DNA from: Solirubrobacterales bacterium
GTDB lineage: Bacteria; Actinomycetota; Thermoleophilia; Solirubrobacterales; 70-9
Direction of reading: 5' to 3'
DNA length: 52,198 nt
Assembly (NCBI GenBank): GCA_035558995.1
Contig: DATMBY010000298.1
Span: forward strand, 1 to 52,198
The notes beneath the pieces are model-generated. The model was not told the DNA's origin. It did no database searches and was given only the letters and a program-made list of their open reading frames with translations. The position numbers and the translations under genes are program-made. Shown here piece by piece: positions 18,801 to 26,722 of the stretch (positions are counted from its first letter, which is position 1; each line of letters opens with the position of its first letter).

Positions 18801-19420
18801 GCGTCTCGGTGATTCTCTGGAACGACACGGGCGCCAAGCATCTGGCGACACTGTGCCGTCGCAGCCTCAAGCTCGTCAGAGACCCGCATGACCCAAATCT
18901 GAGCGCACCGCAGAAGCCGCGCGCGGTCTTTAGGAGAAAGATTTCCGAGGCACTTTTCGAGGCGGTCCAGCTGCTCCCGCTCGACCCCATCGACATTAGC
19001 GGCGCCATTTTGCCGGAGCCGGTCCAACGCGGACTGCAAGATTTCGACATCTGGACTAACTCGGTGGGCCAAGGCGACAACCCGGTCTTGCTTCGGGTCG
19101 AGCCCGGTCGCCTTCATTTGCTCTACCCACTGGTCGGCAACCCAGCGAAGGCCCGTGGAACGGTGGGATCGGAAGTTCAGCGTGCTGCGAGCCTGAACGT
19201 AGAGATGCCCACCATTGGAAAGCCGACAGACGATGTCGTCTACAGGGTCATCCGCTTGTAGGCGGATGTGCTGAGGAATTGCCTGCTCTTGAAAATCGAG
19301 TTGCCGCAGAGCCTCGGCTGCAAGGCAGTGGCTGGCGAGATAGGCGGCGGCCCCCCTCTCGTGCTCACTGCCTTTCCAGTTGGCGGCCCCGCCTATGCCT
19401 CGTGAGTTCATTGTTTCCAC
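15818..19420 (-). CDS. NACHT/STAND P-loop NTPase, 1200 aa, with C-terminal HEAT repeats and a terminal RanBP2-type zinc finger (bacterial NLR/Avs-like)
   Basis: Walker A GLPGSGKST (aa 325-333, nt 18422-18448), Walker B IVLVLDALDEA. HEAT/PBS-lyase-like repeats (EDQNERRAAAEALLKL, DDDIWLRNAAAWRIAAG, DPDDEVRTTMVESLEA). WTCMRCEQANPATNTGCESC (aa 1159-1178, nt 15887-15946). The start is GTG 19420; ATG 19411 is an alternative. Confidence 0.85.
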   Translation of the reverse strand: METMNSRGIGGAANWKGSEHERGAAAYLASHCLAAEALRQLDFQEQAIPQHIRLQADDPVDDIVCRLSNGGHLYVQARSTLNFRSHRSTGLRWVADQWVEQMKATGLDPKQDRVVALAHRVSPDVEILQSALDRLRQNGAANVDGVEREQLDRLEKCLGNLSPKDRARLLRCAQIWVMRVSDELEAATAQCRQMLGARVVPENHRDAAWERLLNVCGKGARLRYGFDRQQLCDALRGTELPLREDEPGSTGASRGAMARYLERVQRRGETLDFAGLAATIPPLTLERADAEVEVSPGGPGTFEEERYGDPLTWALRRRGRVLLTGLPGSGKSTALRAVASEYAKRPGWPLPIIVRLDMLSKRLGEHGVRKALVELATSSASGMDRKVLASQLDDALNGPGIVLVLDALDEAREGRHEVLRQLKDLFSELDPDAEIVIATRDLAYADAASLGFFELRLLAPRESLDTARAVLEELASRYSPADGDEWVKARISWVKEWLDRDDALAETPLLAVLLAMRAAVGDEETLPGNRATVMVEILESVIVQWEAIGERAQVGPLQEGLARRALIEGFLALSRMLTEQELPVIDECRHAVANALREGFQLTAPSADVCADDVIAFWDQAGFFVCGSDGRLFPRLRLFVEVGEAWRASKLTDAEGSEWVETALGDPDLVETLRLACQLSQRLAREAVDIADASRVPDLVLRANDVTAGASGQGASKRNLLASALIEVLKSEDQNERRAAAEALLKLDLPKELRDKTRRSLSRLPADQRPSFEALLALKADHPSAAEKRAIRDVIDTDPPKREKAEGTGGAFVLALAIADPIWSRAIHHSLERLLPKDPSLATRALQLVEEVGGRHADALEILLRRFANQEIVADLDRRRDERYGGIARARRFVGELKLRHEADREFLRWLTTAADPIDLRAGQRRRLDELVNLWSTLGLPDAPAYAPSNTLQAAPKTLRECMLILARLSGVDLALIASEAAYVLKEGDRHPEDREELESMLNMKGALLTFDAWDRVEDRHATRRLLHRALSLGSWFSWRAIQALANSGMEEPDIEEIVELLPRLRRMSRFEAARLVLSVENTERVTEWLNDDDIWLRNAAAWRIAAGVQSGEPPTLLPEVLADPDDEVRTTMVESLEAPLPQDVRTTLLGADRDPRPWTCMRCEQANPATNTGCESCHVVGGDFASKLAKLLKDDGLNK

Positions 19421-19645
19421 CGAGGCAACCCAGATTTCTGCCGCGAGGAGTAGGACGGCGCGTGCGCCCGAAGGGCGCTGCTGGCTCCATTGCCCAATTG
19501 AAAGAAGCCGCCGTTAGCGGCCGCTATGACGCGCTGAGTTGATGAGATAACGGCGCAGAGGGTATTCGGGACGTCCCGTGTCGTCTGACGTGCTGCCGGC
19601 GGTGGGCGCCACGAACCCAGGCAGGCCGAATTGATTGTGAATTTC

Positions 19646-19666
19646 GGGACACACTTGGGACACATT
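19646..19666 (+). promoter_or_regulatory. Two direct GGGACACA repeats (candidate arm-type sites) near the tRNA-proximal att site
   Basis: gggacacacttgggacacatt, ~45-65 bp inside the att repeat. Same motif and orientation as 4041-4060. Confidence 0.4.
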
Positions 19667-19710
19667 CGGCTTTTTCAGCGGTCCTAAACCGAGGAAGCCA
19701 AGGTGCCAAG

Positions 19711-19755
19711 CGATGCCGGAGGAGGGACTCGAACCCCCGACACGCGGATTATGAT
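19711..19755 (-). repeat. att site forming the 3' part of the intact tRNA(CAT)
   Basis: Identical to 3910-3954. Covers tRNA nt 33-74 plus 3 nt downstream. Confidence 0.9.
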
Positions 19756-19787
19756 TCCGCTGCTCTAACCAGCTGAGCTACTCCGGC
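19714..19787 (-). tRNA. tRNA with anticodon CAT (elongator Met, or Ile2 if lysidinylated)
   Basis: Manual cloverleaf: GCCGGAG TA GCTC AGCTGGTTA GAGC A GCGGA ATCATAA TCCGC GTGTC GGGGG TTCGAGT CCCTC CTCCGGC A. The G1:C72 pair and the lack of three G:C pairs at the bottom of the anticodon stem argue against an initiator. CCA is not encoded. Confidence 0.9.
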
Positions 19788-19848
19788 GGGGAGGGGGATG
19801 GTAGCGGTGGAGAAGGGCGGTGGATCTCCTCGGAATGGGTGGTCGGCG

Positions 19849-19992
19849 ATGCGGCCGGTGCTGGTCGGATTTCTGTTGGCGGCGGATGCGTTTGTCGTCG
19901 GGGCGCTGGTGCTGTTGCGGCCCGAGGAATGGTTTCCGCCGTTTCTCGGCTTCGGGATCGTGCTGGTGGGGCTGGCCTGGTTCGAGGCGTGA
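19849..19992 (+). CDS. Possible small two-TM membrane protein (47 aa)
   Basis: MRPVLVGFLLAADAFVVGALVLLRPEEWFPPFLGFGIVLVGLAWFEA. Two hydrophobic helices and G/C-rich third positions. No homology support. Confidence 0.3.
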   Translation: MRPVLVGFLLAADAFVVGALVLLRPEEWFPPFLGFGIVLVGLAWFEA

Positions 19993-20131
19993 TCGATTGG
20001 ACACCGGCACGACGACGAGGGGCCTTCGAACGGCGGGGATTAATCACGTTGGCTTTTGCAATTCGCTGCAAATGGCGCTATTGCAGGGGAAAACGCGTGC
20101 AGGTTGCGCGGATGATGGGTAGGGTTGGCGG

Positions 20132-21085
20132 GTGACCGCGGAACTGGACAGAGCGGTAAAGACTGTCGTCCGGCAGTGCATGGGGATCTCGCCGGGCGAG
20201 GAGGTGCTGGTCGTCTGCAATCCCGTGACCGAAGAGATCGGGGCGCTGATGCGGATCGAGGCGCAGGGGGACGGCGCCGACGCGACGCTCGCGGTCATCT
20301 CCGAGCGCGACTCCGCCGCCGCCGAGCCGCCGCGGGCGGTCGCCGCCGCGATGGCCGCGGCCGACGTGGTCCTGGCGCCGACGATCCAGTCGCTCTCCCA
20401 CACCGCCGCCCGCAAAGCGGCGAGCGAAGCCGGGGTCCGGATCGGCACCCTCCCCGGCGTAACCGAGGAGATGCTGAGCCGGCTGATGACCGGCGACCTG
20501 GAGGAGATCCGCCGCCGCGGCTGGGCGGTCGTCACCGCGCTCAACCGCGGCTCCGAGGTGCGGATCACCTGCCGCAACGGCAGCGACCTGCGGATCGGCC
20601 TGGAGGGCCGGCTGGGGATCGTCGACGCGGGCGAACTCGGCAACCGCGGCGCCTTCGGGAACCTGCCCTGCGGCGAGGGCTTCATCGCCCCGCTGGAGGG
20701 GACGACCGAGGGCACGCTCGTCGTCGACGGCTCGATCGCCGAAATCGGGCTGCTCGAGGACCCGGTCTCGCTGAAGATCCGCGAAGGTCACCTGGTCGAG
20801 GCCAGCGGCGAGGACGGCGCCCGGCTGATGGAACTGCTGACCGCCCACGGCAAGGACGGCACCAACGTCGCCGAGCTGGGGATCGGGACCAACGAAGAGG
20901 CGATCCTCACCGGCAACATCCTCGAGGACGAGAAGATCCTCGGCACCTGCCACGTCGCCTTCGGCGCCTCGGCGGCGATCGGCGGCACGGTTCAGGTCCC
21001 CGTCCACCTCGACTGCGTGGTCCTGGAACCGACCCTCGCGATTGACGGCGAGACGATCGTCAGCGGCGGCGACCTGCTCGTCTGA
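20132..21085 (+). CDS. M29-like aminopeptidase family protein (aminopeptidase T / NicX-like fold)
   Basis: GNLPCGEGFIAPLEG, ELGIGTNEEA, EDEKILGTCHVAFG motifs. ~317 aa, typical of this family. Confidence 0.7.
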   Translation: MTAELDRAVKTVVRQCMGISPGEEVLVVCNPVTEEIGALMRIEAQGDGADATLAVISERDSAAAEPPRAVAAAMAAADVVLAPTIQSLSHTAARKAASEAGVRIGTLPGVTEEMLSRLMTGDLEEIRRRGWAVVTALNRGSEVRITCRNGSDLRIGLEGRLGIVDAGELGNRGAFGNLPCGEGFIAPLEGTTEGTLVVDGSIAEIGLLEDPVSLKIREGHLVEASGEDGARLMELLTAHGKDGTNVAELGIGTNEEAILTGNILEDEKILGTCHVAFGASAAIGGTVQVPVHLDCVVLEPTLAIDGETIVSGGDLLV

Positions 21086-21097
21086 GGCGCCCGGACG

Positions 21098-21988
21098 ATG
21101 CCGCCACTGCTCGCGGTCCCGAACGTCTCCGAGGGACGCGACGAGGACCGGCTGGACCGACTGCAGCAGGCCTTCGCCCGCGGCATCACCCTGCTCGACC
21201 GCCACACCGACGCCGACCACGGGCGCAGCGTCTTCACCCTCGCCGGCAGCGGCGGCGCCCTGGTCGAGGCGCTGACCGGCGGTGCCGAGGAGGCGGCGGA
21301 GACGATCGAGATGGACGGCTACCGGGGCGCCCACCCGGCGATCGGCGCCCTCGACGTCTGCCCGATCGTCTGGTTCGAGCCCGGCGACCGCGAGGCGGCG
21401 CGCGAGGAGGCGGTCGCGGCGGCGACCCAGATCGGCGGCCTCGGGATCCCGGTCTTCCTCTACGGCGAGCTGGCGCGCGACCCCGGCCGGGCCGAGCGCG
21501 CCTACTTCCGCAACGGCGGCCTCGCGGAGCTGTGGCTGCGGATGGAGTCGGGGGAGCTGCGGCCGGACTTCGGACCGGACCTGCCGCACCGCAAGGCCGG
21601 CGCCACCCTGGTCACGGCGCGGCCGCCGCTGGCCGCCTTCAACGTCGAGCTCGACACCGGCGACGTCGAGATCGCCCGCGCCGTCGCCGCCGGCCTGCGC
21701 GAGACGGGCGGCGGACCGCCCGGGGTCCGCGCGATCGGGCTGCTCCTGTCCAGCGGGCGCGCCCAGGTCTCGACCAACGTCCACGACCCGCTCACCGTCC
21801 CGCTCGGCGAAGTCGTCGAGCGCGTGCGCACCCTGGGGGCACCCTTGGGCGCGCGGCCGCTCGAGGCGGAGCTGGTCGGCCTGGTCCCGCAGGCGTCCCT
21901 CGCCGGGTACCCCGAGGACGTGCCGATGCGCGGCTTCGACCCGCGCCGCCACACGATCGAGGCGCGGCTCGCCGAGGCGAGCGGCTAG
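21098..21988 (+). CDS. Glutamate formimidoyltransferase (FTCD N-terminal domain family)
   Basis: N-terminus LLAVPNVSEGRDEDRL (the VPNxSEGR signature); ~296 aa. Confidence 0.75.
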   Translation: MPPLLAVPNVSEGRDEDRLDRLQQAFARGITLLDRHTDADHGRSVFTLAGSGGALVEALTGGAEEAAETIEMDGYRGAHPAIGALDVCPIVWFEPGDREAAREEAVAAATQIGGLGIPVFLYGELARDPGRAERAYFRNGGLAELWLRMESGELRPDFGPDLPHRKAGATLVTARPPLAAFNVELDTGDVEIARAVAAGLRETGGGPPGVRAIGLLLSSGRAQVSTNVHDPLTVPLGEVVERVRTLGAPLGARPLEAELVGLVPQASLAGYPEDVPMRGFDPRRHTIEARLAEASG

Positions 21989-22000
21989 ATTTCGCAGCCG

Positions 22001-22366
22001 ATGGCCCAGACGAGGAAGAAGCGCCAGCGCAAGCGCCGCGGCACCCAGGGCGGGCGGATCGACAACAAGCCGCGCTCCGGCCGCCCCCGCAGCCGCGAGG
22101 AAGCCAAAGCGCGCGCCCGCTCCCGCCGCAAGCCGGCCCCGCAGCAGGACCTGCCGCCGACCTGGCGCAGCTCCTTCGTGCGCGGGCTCTTCGCCGCGGT
22201 CATCTTCGCCGTGCTGCTGATCCTGATCTTCAAAAAGGAGCTCGTCCCCTCGCTCCTCTTCGGCGCCTTCATGCTCGTCTTCTACGTCCCCGCCGGCTAC
22301 TTCATCGACATGGCGATGTGGCGGCGGCGCGAGCGGGCGCGGATGCGCGCCGGCGGCGACCAGTAG
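22001..22366 (+). CDS. Hypothetical membrane protein with a highly basic N-terminus
   Basis: MAQTRKKRQRKRRGTQGG... followed by two TM helices (FAAVIFAVLLILIF, LLFGAFMLVFYVPAGYF). Confidence 0.55.
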   Translation: MAQTRKKRQRKRRGTQGGRIDNKPRSGRPRSREEAKARARSRRKPAPQQDLPPTWRSSFVRGLFAAVIFAVLLILIFKKELVPSLLFGAFMLVFYVPAGYFIDMAMWRRRERARMRAGGDQ

Positions 22367-22371
22367 GTCCG

Positions 22372-23016
22372 ATGGCCCTCGCGGTCGAGATGCTCACGGT
22401 CGGCCCCGTCGCCGAGAACTGCTTCCTGCTCCGTCCCCAGGGCGGCGACCGGCTGCTGATCGTCGACCCCGGCGAGGAGGCGGAGCGGATCCTGGCGGCG
22501 GTCGAGGCGACCGGGGCGAGCGTCGAGGCGATCCTCCTCACCCACTGCCACTTCGACCACGTCGGCGCCGTGGCGCCGGTGGCGAAGGCGACCGGCGCGC
22601 CCGTCTACTGCCCGGAGATCGAGGTCCCGATCCTCGCCGACATCATGGCCTTCGTCCCTTGGGAGGGGTTCGGGCCGTTCGAGAGCTACGAGGCCGACGA
22701 GGTCCTCCGCGGCGGCGAGACGCTGGAGCTGGCGGGGCTCGAGCTCGACGTCGTCTTCACCCCCGGCCACAGCCCCGGCCACGTCACCTACGGCGTGCGC
22801 GGCGAGGAGGCGGTCTTCTCCGGCGACGTCCTCTTCCAGGGCTCGGTCGGGCGGACCGACCTGCCGGGCGCCGACGGGCCGACCCTGCTCGCCTCGCTCG
22901 GCAAGCTGCTCGACACCTTCTCCGACGAGACCGTCGTCCATCCCGGCCACATGGGACTGACGACCCTCGGCGCCGAGCGCGCCACCAATCCCTTCCTCGG
23001 CTCGCTGACGCGGTAG
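22372..23016 (+). CDS. MBL-fold metallo-hydrolase (glyoxalase II-like)
   Basis: LLTHCHFDHVG (HxHxDH), TPGHSPGH, VHPGH. Start taken at ATG 22372 inside track ORF 21532..23016. Confidence 0.85.
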   Translation: MALAVEMLTVGPVAENCFLLRPQGGDRLLIVDPGEEAERILAAVEATGASVEAILLTHCHFDHVGAVAPVAKATGAPVYCPEIEVPILADIMAFVPWEGFGPFESYEADEVLRGGETLELAGLELDVVFTPGHSPGHVTYGVRGEEAVFSGDVLFQGSVGRTDLPGADGPTLLASLGKLLDTFSDETVVHPGHMGLTTLGAERATNPFLGSLTR

Positions 23017-23042
23017 CCGGTTGGACTAAGGTCGCCCGCACG

Positions 23043-24287
23043 ATGGCGAGCAAGTTCCAGGCACCCCGCGGAACCTTCGACGTCCTGCCCGAGCAGGCGC
23101 GGGCGCGGGCGCGGCTGCAGCAGGCCGCGGCGGAGATCTTCGCCCGCGCCGGCTACGAGACGATCGCGACCCCGGCCTTCGAGGACACGGCGCTGTTCGA
23201 ACGCGGGGTCGGCAAGTCCACCGACATCGTCCGCAAGGAGATGTTCACCTTCGAGGACAAGGGGGAGCGCAGCCTCACCCTGCGCCCGGAGGGGACGGCC
23301 TCGATCTGCCGCGCCTACCTGGAGCACGGCATGCACAAACTGGCGCAGCCGGTGAAGCTCTCCTACCTCGGCCCCTTCTTCCGCCACGAGCGCCCGCAGG
23401 CCGGCCGCTACCGCCAGTTCCACCAGCTCGGGATCGAGTGCATCGGCACCGACTCGCCGCTCGCCGACGCCGAGGTGATCATGCTCCTCTCCGACCTGCT
23501 CGGGGAGCTCGGGGTGCCGGGGGTGGAGTTGCGGCTCGGCAGCCTCGGCTCCTTCGAGTCGCGCCGCGCCTACCTGGAGGACCTGAAGGCGCACCTGCAC
23601 GCCCACGAGGGGGAGCTCTCCGATGACGTGCGCGAGCGAATCGACCTCAACCCGCTGCGCGCCTTCGACTCCGATCACGAGGGGACCCGGGCAGTGATGG
23701 CGAGCGCTCCGACGATCGTCGGGCAGCTCGAGGGTGAGGACGCCGAGCACTTCGCCGAGGTGCGGGCGCTGCTCGACGCCTCCGGCGTCGCCTACCTCGT
23801 CGACCCGACCCTGGTCCGCGGCCTCGACTACTACTCGCGGACGATCTTCTCCTTCGTCTGCGACGCCCTCGGCGCGCAGTCGGAGATCGGCGGCGGCGGC
23901 CGCTACGACGGCCTCGTCGAGCAGCTCGGCGGGCCCGCGACCCCGGCAGTCGGTTTCGCCGCTGGGATCGAGCGAATCCTGCTGGCCCTCGACGAAGAGG
24001 TGCCGACGCCCGGGCGCGACGCCTTCATCGCGATCGCCGACCCGGGGCAGCGCGGGCGGGCGATGGCGCTCGCGGTCGAGCTGCGCCACGCCGGGATCTC
24101 GGTCGAGGCCGACCTCGCCGGGCGCGGGCTGAAGGGACAGCTGAAACACGCGAACCGGATCGGCGCCGCCCGCGTCCTCATCCTCGAGGCCGATGGCAGC
24201 GCCCAGCTGCGCGACATGGAGACCGGCGAGCAGCGCGCCGCCGATCCCGGCAACCTTGTCGACGAGATGACGGGAGGAGAGAGTTGA
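23043..24287 (+). CDS. hisS: Histidine--tRNA ligase
   Basis: FQAPRGTFDVLP, LTLRPEGTASICRAY, FRHERPQAGRYRQFHQLGIECIG, GGGRYDGL. Start ATG 23043 inside track ORF 22659..24287. Confidence 0.95.
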   Translation: MASKFQAPRGTFDVLPEQARARARLQQAAAEIFARAGYETIATPAFEDTALFERGVGKSTDIVRKEMFTFEDKGERSLTLRPEGTASICRAYLEHGMHKLAQPVKLSYLGPFFRHERPQAGRYRQFHQLGIECIGTDSPLADAEVIMLLSDLLGELGVPGVELRLGSLGSFESRRAYLEDLKAHLHAHEGELSDDVRERIDLNPLRAFDSDHEGTRAVMASAPTIVGQLEGEDAEHFAEVRALLDASGVAYLVDPTLVRGLDYYSRTIFSFVCDALGAQSEIGGGGRYDGLVEQLGGPATPAVGFAAGIERILLALDEEVPTPGRDAFIAIADPGQRGRAMALAVELRHAGISVEADLAGRGLKGQLKHANRIGAARVLILEADGSAQLRDMETGEQRAADPGNLVDEMTGGES

Positions 24288-26083
24288 GCACGGAGGCGCC
24301 GCCGCTGCGAGCGAACGGGTACCGCGACGCCTGGTGCGGCCAGGTGCTGCCGGAGAAGGTCGACTCCGAGGTGCGGGTCGCCGGCTGGGTCAACCGCCGC
24401 CGCGACCACGGTGGTCTGATCTTCATCGACCTCCGCGACCGCACCGGGATCGTCCAGCTCGTCTTCAACCCCGACAGCTCCGGCGAGTCCTTCGAGCTGG
24501 CGCACAAGCTGCGGGCCGAGGACGTGCTGAGCGCGAGCGGCAGGGTGGTGCGGCGCTCGGAGGAGACGGTCAACGCGGAGCTGGCGACGGGCGAGGTCGA
24601 GCTCCTGGTCACCGGGGCCGGGCTGCTCGCCGGCTCGGAGACGCCGCCGTTCCAGGTCGAGGGCTTCAGCGGCGAGGTCGGCGAGGACAAACGCCTGCAG
24701 TACCGCTACATCGACCTGCGTCGCGAGCAGATGCGCGAGGCGCTGCTGCTGCGCCACCGCGTCGTCGCCGCGATGCGCGAGTTCCTCGACGGCGAGGGCT
24801 TCGTCGACGTCGAGACCCCGGTCCTGACCCGCTCGACCCCCGAGGGCGCGCGCGACTTCCTCGTCCCCAGCCGCCAGCAGCAGGGCTCCTTCTACGCGCT
24901 GCCGCAGTCGCCGCAGCTGTTCAAGCAGCTGCTGATGATCTCCGGGTTCGAGCGCTACTACCAGGTGGCCCGCTGCTTCCGCGACGAGGCGACCCGGGCC
25001 GATCGCCAGGCCGAGTTCACCCAGCTCGACGTCGAGATGTCCTTCGTCGACGTCGAGGACGTGCTCGCGGTCAACGAGGCCCTGCTCGCCCACGTCTTCG
25101 AGCGCGCCGGCGGCCCGGCCATCGAGCTGCCGATGCAGCGGATGGGCTACGACGAGGCGATGGACCGCTTCGGGACCGACCGCCCCGACCTGCGCTTCGG
25201 GCTCGAGCTGGTCGACCTCGGCGACGCCCTGCGCGAGACCGAGTTCAAGGTCTTCCGCTCGGTCCTCGACGGCGGCGGCTCGATCCGCGGTGTCAACGCC
25301 GGCCGCCGCGAGATGCCGCGCTCCGAGCTCGACGGCCTGATCTCACGGGCCCAGGAGCTGGGGGCGAAGGGTCTGGTCTGGGCCTTCCGGGAGGGCGACG
25401 GCTGGCGCTCGCCGACCGCGAAGTTCCTCAGCGAGGGCGAGCTTGCCGACCTCAACCGGCGCCTCGGCGCCGAGGAGGGGGACCTGCTGCTGCTGGTCGC
25501 CGACCAGCGCCCGGTCACCGACGCGGTGCTAGGGCAGCTGCGGCTCGACCTGGCTGAGCGCTTCGACCTGATCGACCCGGAAGATGACCGTCTGGTCTGG
25601 ATCGTCGACTGGCCGCTGATGGAGTGGAACGAGGGGGAGAAGCGTTGGGACGCGCTCCACCATCCCTTCACCGCCCCGGCGGGCGAGTTCGACCCCGAGA
25701 ACCCCGGCGCCGCCCGCGCCCAGGCCTACGACGTCGTCTGGAACGGCCAAGAGCTCGGCGGCGGCTCGATCCGTATCCACGACGCGAAGACCCAGGAGGC
25801 CGTCTTCGGCGCCCTCGGGATCGACGCCGAGACCGCCCGCGCCCGCTTCGGCTTCCTGCTCGAGGCGCTGCAGTACGGGGCCCCGCCGCACGGCGGCATC
25901 GCCTACGGCGTCGACCGCATCGTCCAGCGCCTCTACGGCGCCGAGACGATCCGCGACGTGATCGCCTTCCCGAAGACCGCTTCGGGCTTCGACCTGCTGA
26001 CCGGCGCCCCGGCCCCGGTCGACGAGCTGCAGCTCAAAGAGCTCGGCATCGGCATCCACAAACCCAAACTCGCAGGGCACTGA
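24284..26083 (+). CDS. aspS: Aspartate--tRNA ligase
   Basis: GWVNRRRDHGGLIFIDLRDRTGIVQ, FYALPQSPQLFKQLLM, RCFRDEATRADRQAEFTQLD, GGGSIRIHD, PPHGGIAYGVDR. TTG start overlaps the hisS stop. Confidence 0.95.
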   Translation: MSTEAPPLRANGYRDAWCGQVLPEKVDSEVRVAGWVNRRRDHGGLIFIDLRDRTGIVQLVFNPDSSGESFELAHKLRAEDVLSASGRVVRRSEETVNAELATGEVELLVTGAGLLAGSETPPFQVEGFSGEVGEDKRLQYRYIDLRREQMREALLLRHRVVAAMREFLDGEGFVDVETPVLTRSTPEGARDFLVPSRQQQGSFYALPQSPQLFKQLLMISGFERYYQVARCFRDEATRADRQAEFTQLDVEMSFVDVEDVLAVNEALLAHVFERAGGPAIELPMQRMGYDEAMDRFGTDRPDLRFGLELVDLGDALRETEFKVFRSVLDGGGSIRGVNAGRREMPRSELDGLISRAQELGAKGLVWAFREGDGWRSPTAKFLSEGELADLNRRLGAEEGDLLLLVADQRPVTDAVLGQLRLDLAERFDLIDPEDDRLVWIVDWPLMEWNEGEKRWDALHHPFTAPAGEFDPENPGAARAQAYDVVWNGQELGGGSIRIHDAKTQEAVFGALGIDAETARARFGFLLEALQYGAPPHGGIAYGVDRIVQRLYGAETIRDVIAFPKTASGFDLLTGAPAPVDELQLKELGIGIHKPKLAGH

Positions 26084-26084
26084 G

Positions 26085-26387
26085 ATGGGCCTGCGGGACT
26101 GGATCCCCCGCAGGTGGCGACCGGCTCCAGGGCCGGGCAAGACGCCGGTACACGTCGACGACCCCAGCTTCGACAGCTGGGAGGTGGTGCGGGACTTCGG
26201 CGATTTGAGGACCGCCCGCGCCTGGCACCAGGCCCTGGTCGAGGCCGGGATCGAGGCCGCCCTCACCTCCGACTGGCCGCTCGACCGCTACGGTCGCGGC
26301 GACATCGCCCTCCGCGTCCCCGGCGACCGCTGGAGCGAAGCCGAGTGGCACCTCTCCAACCTGGACGACGGCGAAGCCTTCGTTTAG
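26085..26387 (+). CDS. Hypothetical small protein (DUF2007-like pattern)
   Basis: 100-aa ORF directly after aspS. LRTARAWHQALVEAGIEAALTSD...GDIALRVPGDRWSEAEWHL resembles putative signal-transducing DUF2007 proteins. Weak call. Confidence 0.5.
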   Translation: MGLRDWIPRRWRPAPGPGKTPVHVDDPSFDSWEVVRDFGDLRTARAWHQALVEAGIEAALTSDWPLDRYGRGDIALRVPGDRWSEAEWHLSNLDDGEAFV

Positions 26388-26722
26388 AGAGGCCGCCCCG
26401 GTGGTAGTTTTGGGACCAGGCTCGAACCCGTACGAGAGCCGTCTCACCGTTTGACCCAACACAAACGGCACGGGAGCTGACAAGTCTCCGGTCCTCTTGG
26501 GGGCAGGAGCAGGCACCCACCTTCATTTGAAGGGATCAAAGCCAGAGGCGGCAACGGCGGGTTGGGGCCTTTTTTGTTGAGCCCGCCTCGGGAAGACGTT
26601 CCGCGTCGCCTGGCGCGCTCTCCACGACGAACCGGACGAGATCGTCGCGGATCTCAAGGCGGCGCGTGGCCCTGCGAGTGCGGGACGGCTGGAGAGACGA
26701 CTCAGCGCTTACCCTTGGTCGG

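Larger units (their letters stand above)
3910..19755. mobile_element. Integrated element (~15.8 kb), probable integrative mobilizable element in tRNA(CAT)
   Basis: Perfect 45-nt direct repeats at 3910-3954 and 19711-19755, the latter being the 3' part of an intact tRNA. Interior holds integrase, Xis-like, MobF relaxase, IS110 and defence-type cargo, with lower GC than the flanks. Confidence 0.85.

Noticed and set aside
20078-21952. 624-aa minus-strand ORF, plus several 250-320-aa plus-strand ORFs in other frames (20125..21045, 21282..22220)
   Set aside because: They are antisense or out of frame relative to the aminopeptidase and formimidoyltransferase genes, and their sequences are low-complexity Arg/Gly/Asp/Pro.
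21532-24287. N-terminal extensions of track ORFs 21532..23016, 22659..24287, 31005..31787, 31795..34194, 37293..38468 and 43905..45464
   Set aside because: The upstream parts overlap preceding genes in another frame and are Arg/Pro-rich. Conserved protein N-termini (MBL hydrolase, HisS, RuvX, AroE, M24 peptidase, EF-P) begin at internal starts, which I used instead.
26400-26521. Possible tRNA, tRNA-Sec, 5S or SRP RNA
   Set aside because: The reverse strand has a GGGTTCGAGCC T-loop-like motif, but I could not build an acceptor stem or a 7-nt anticodon loop, and there are no 5S or SRP signature sequences. It is kept only as an unclassified structured element.
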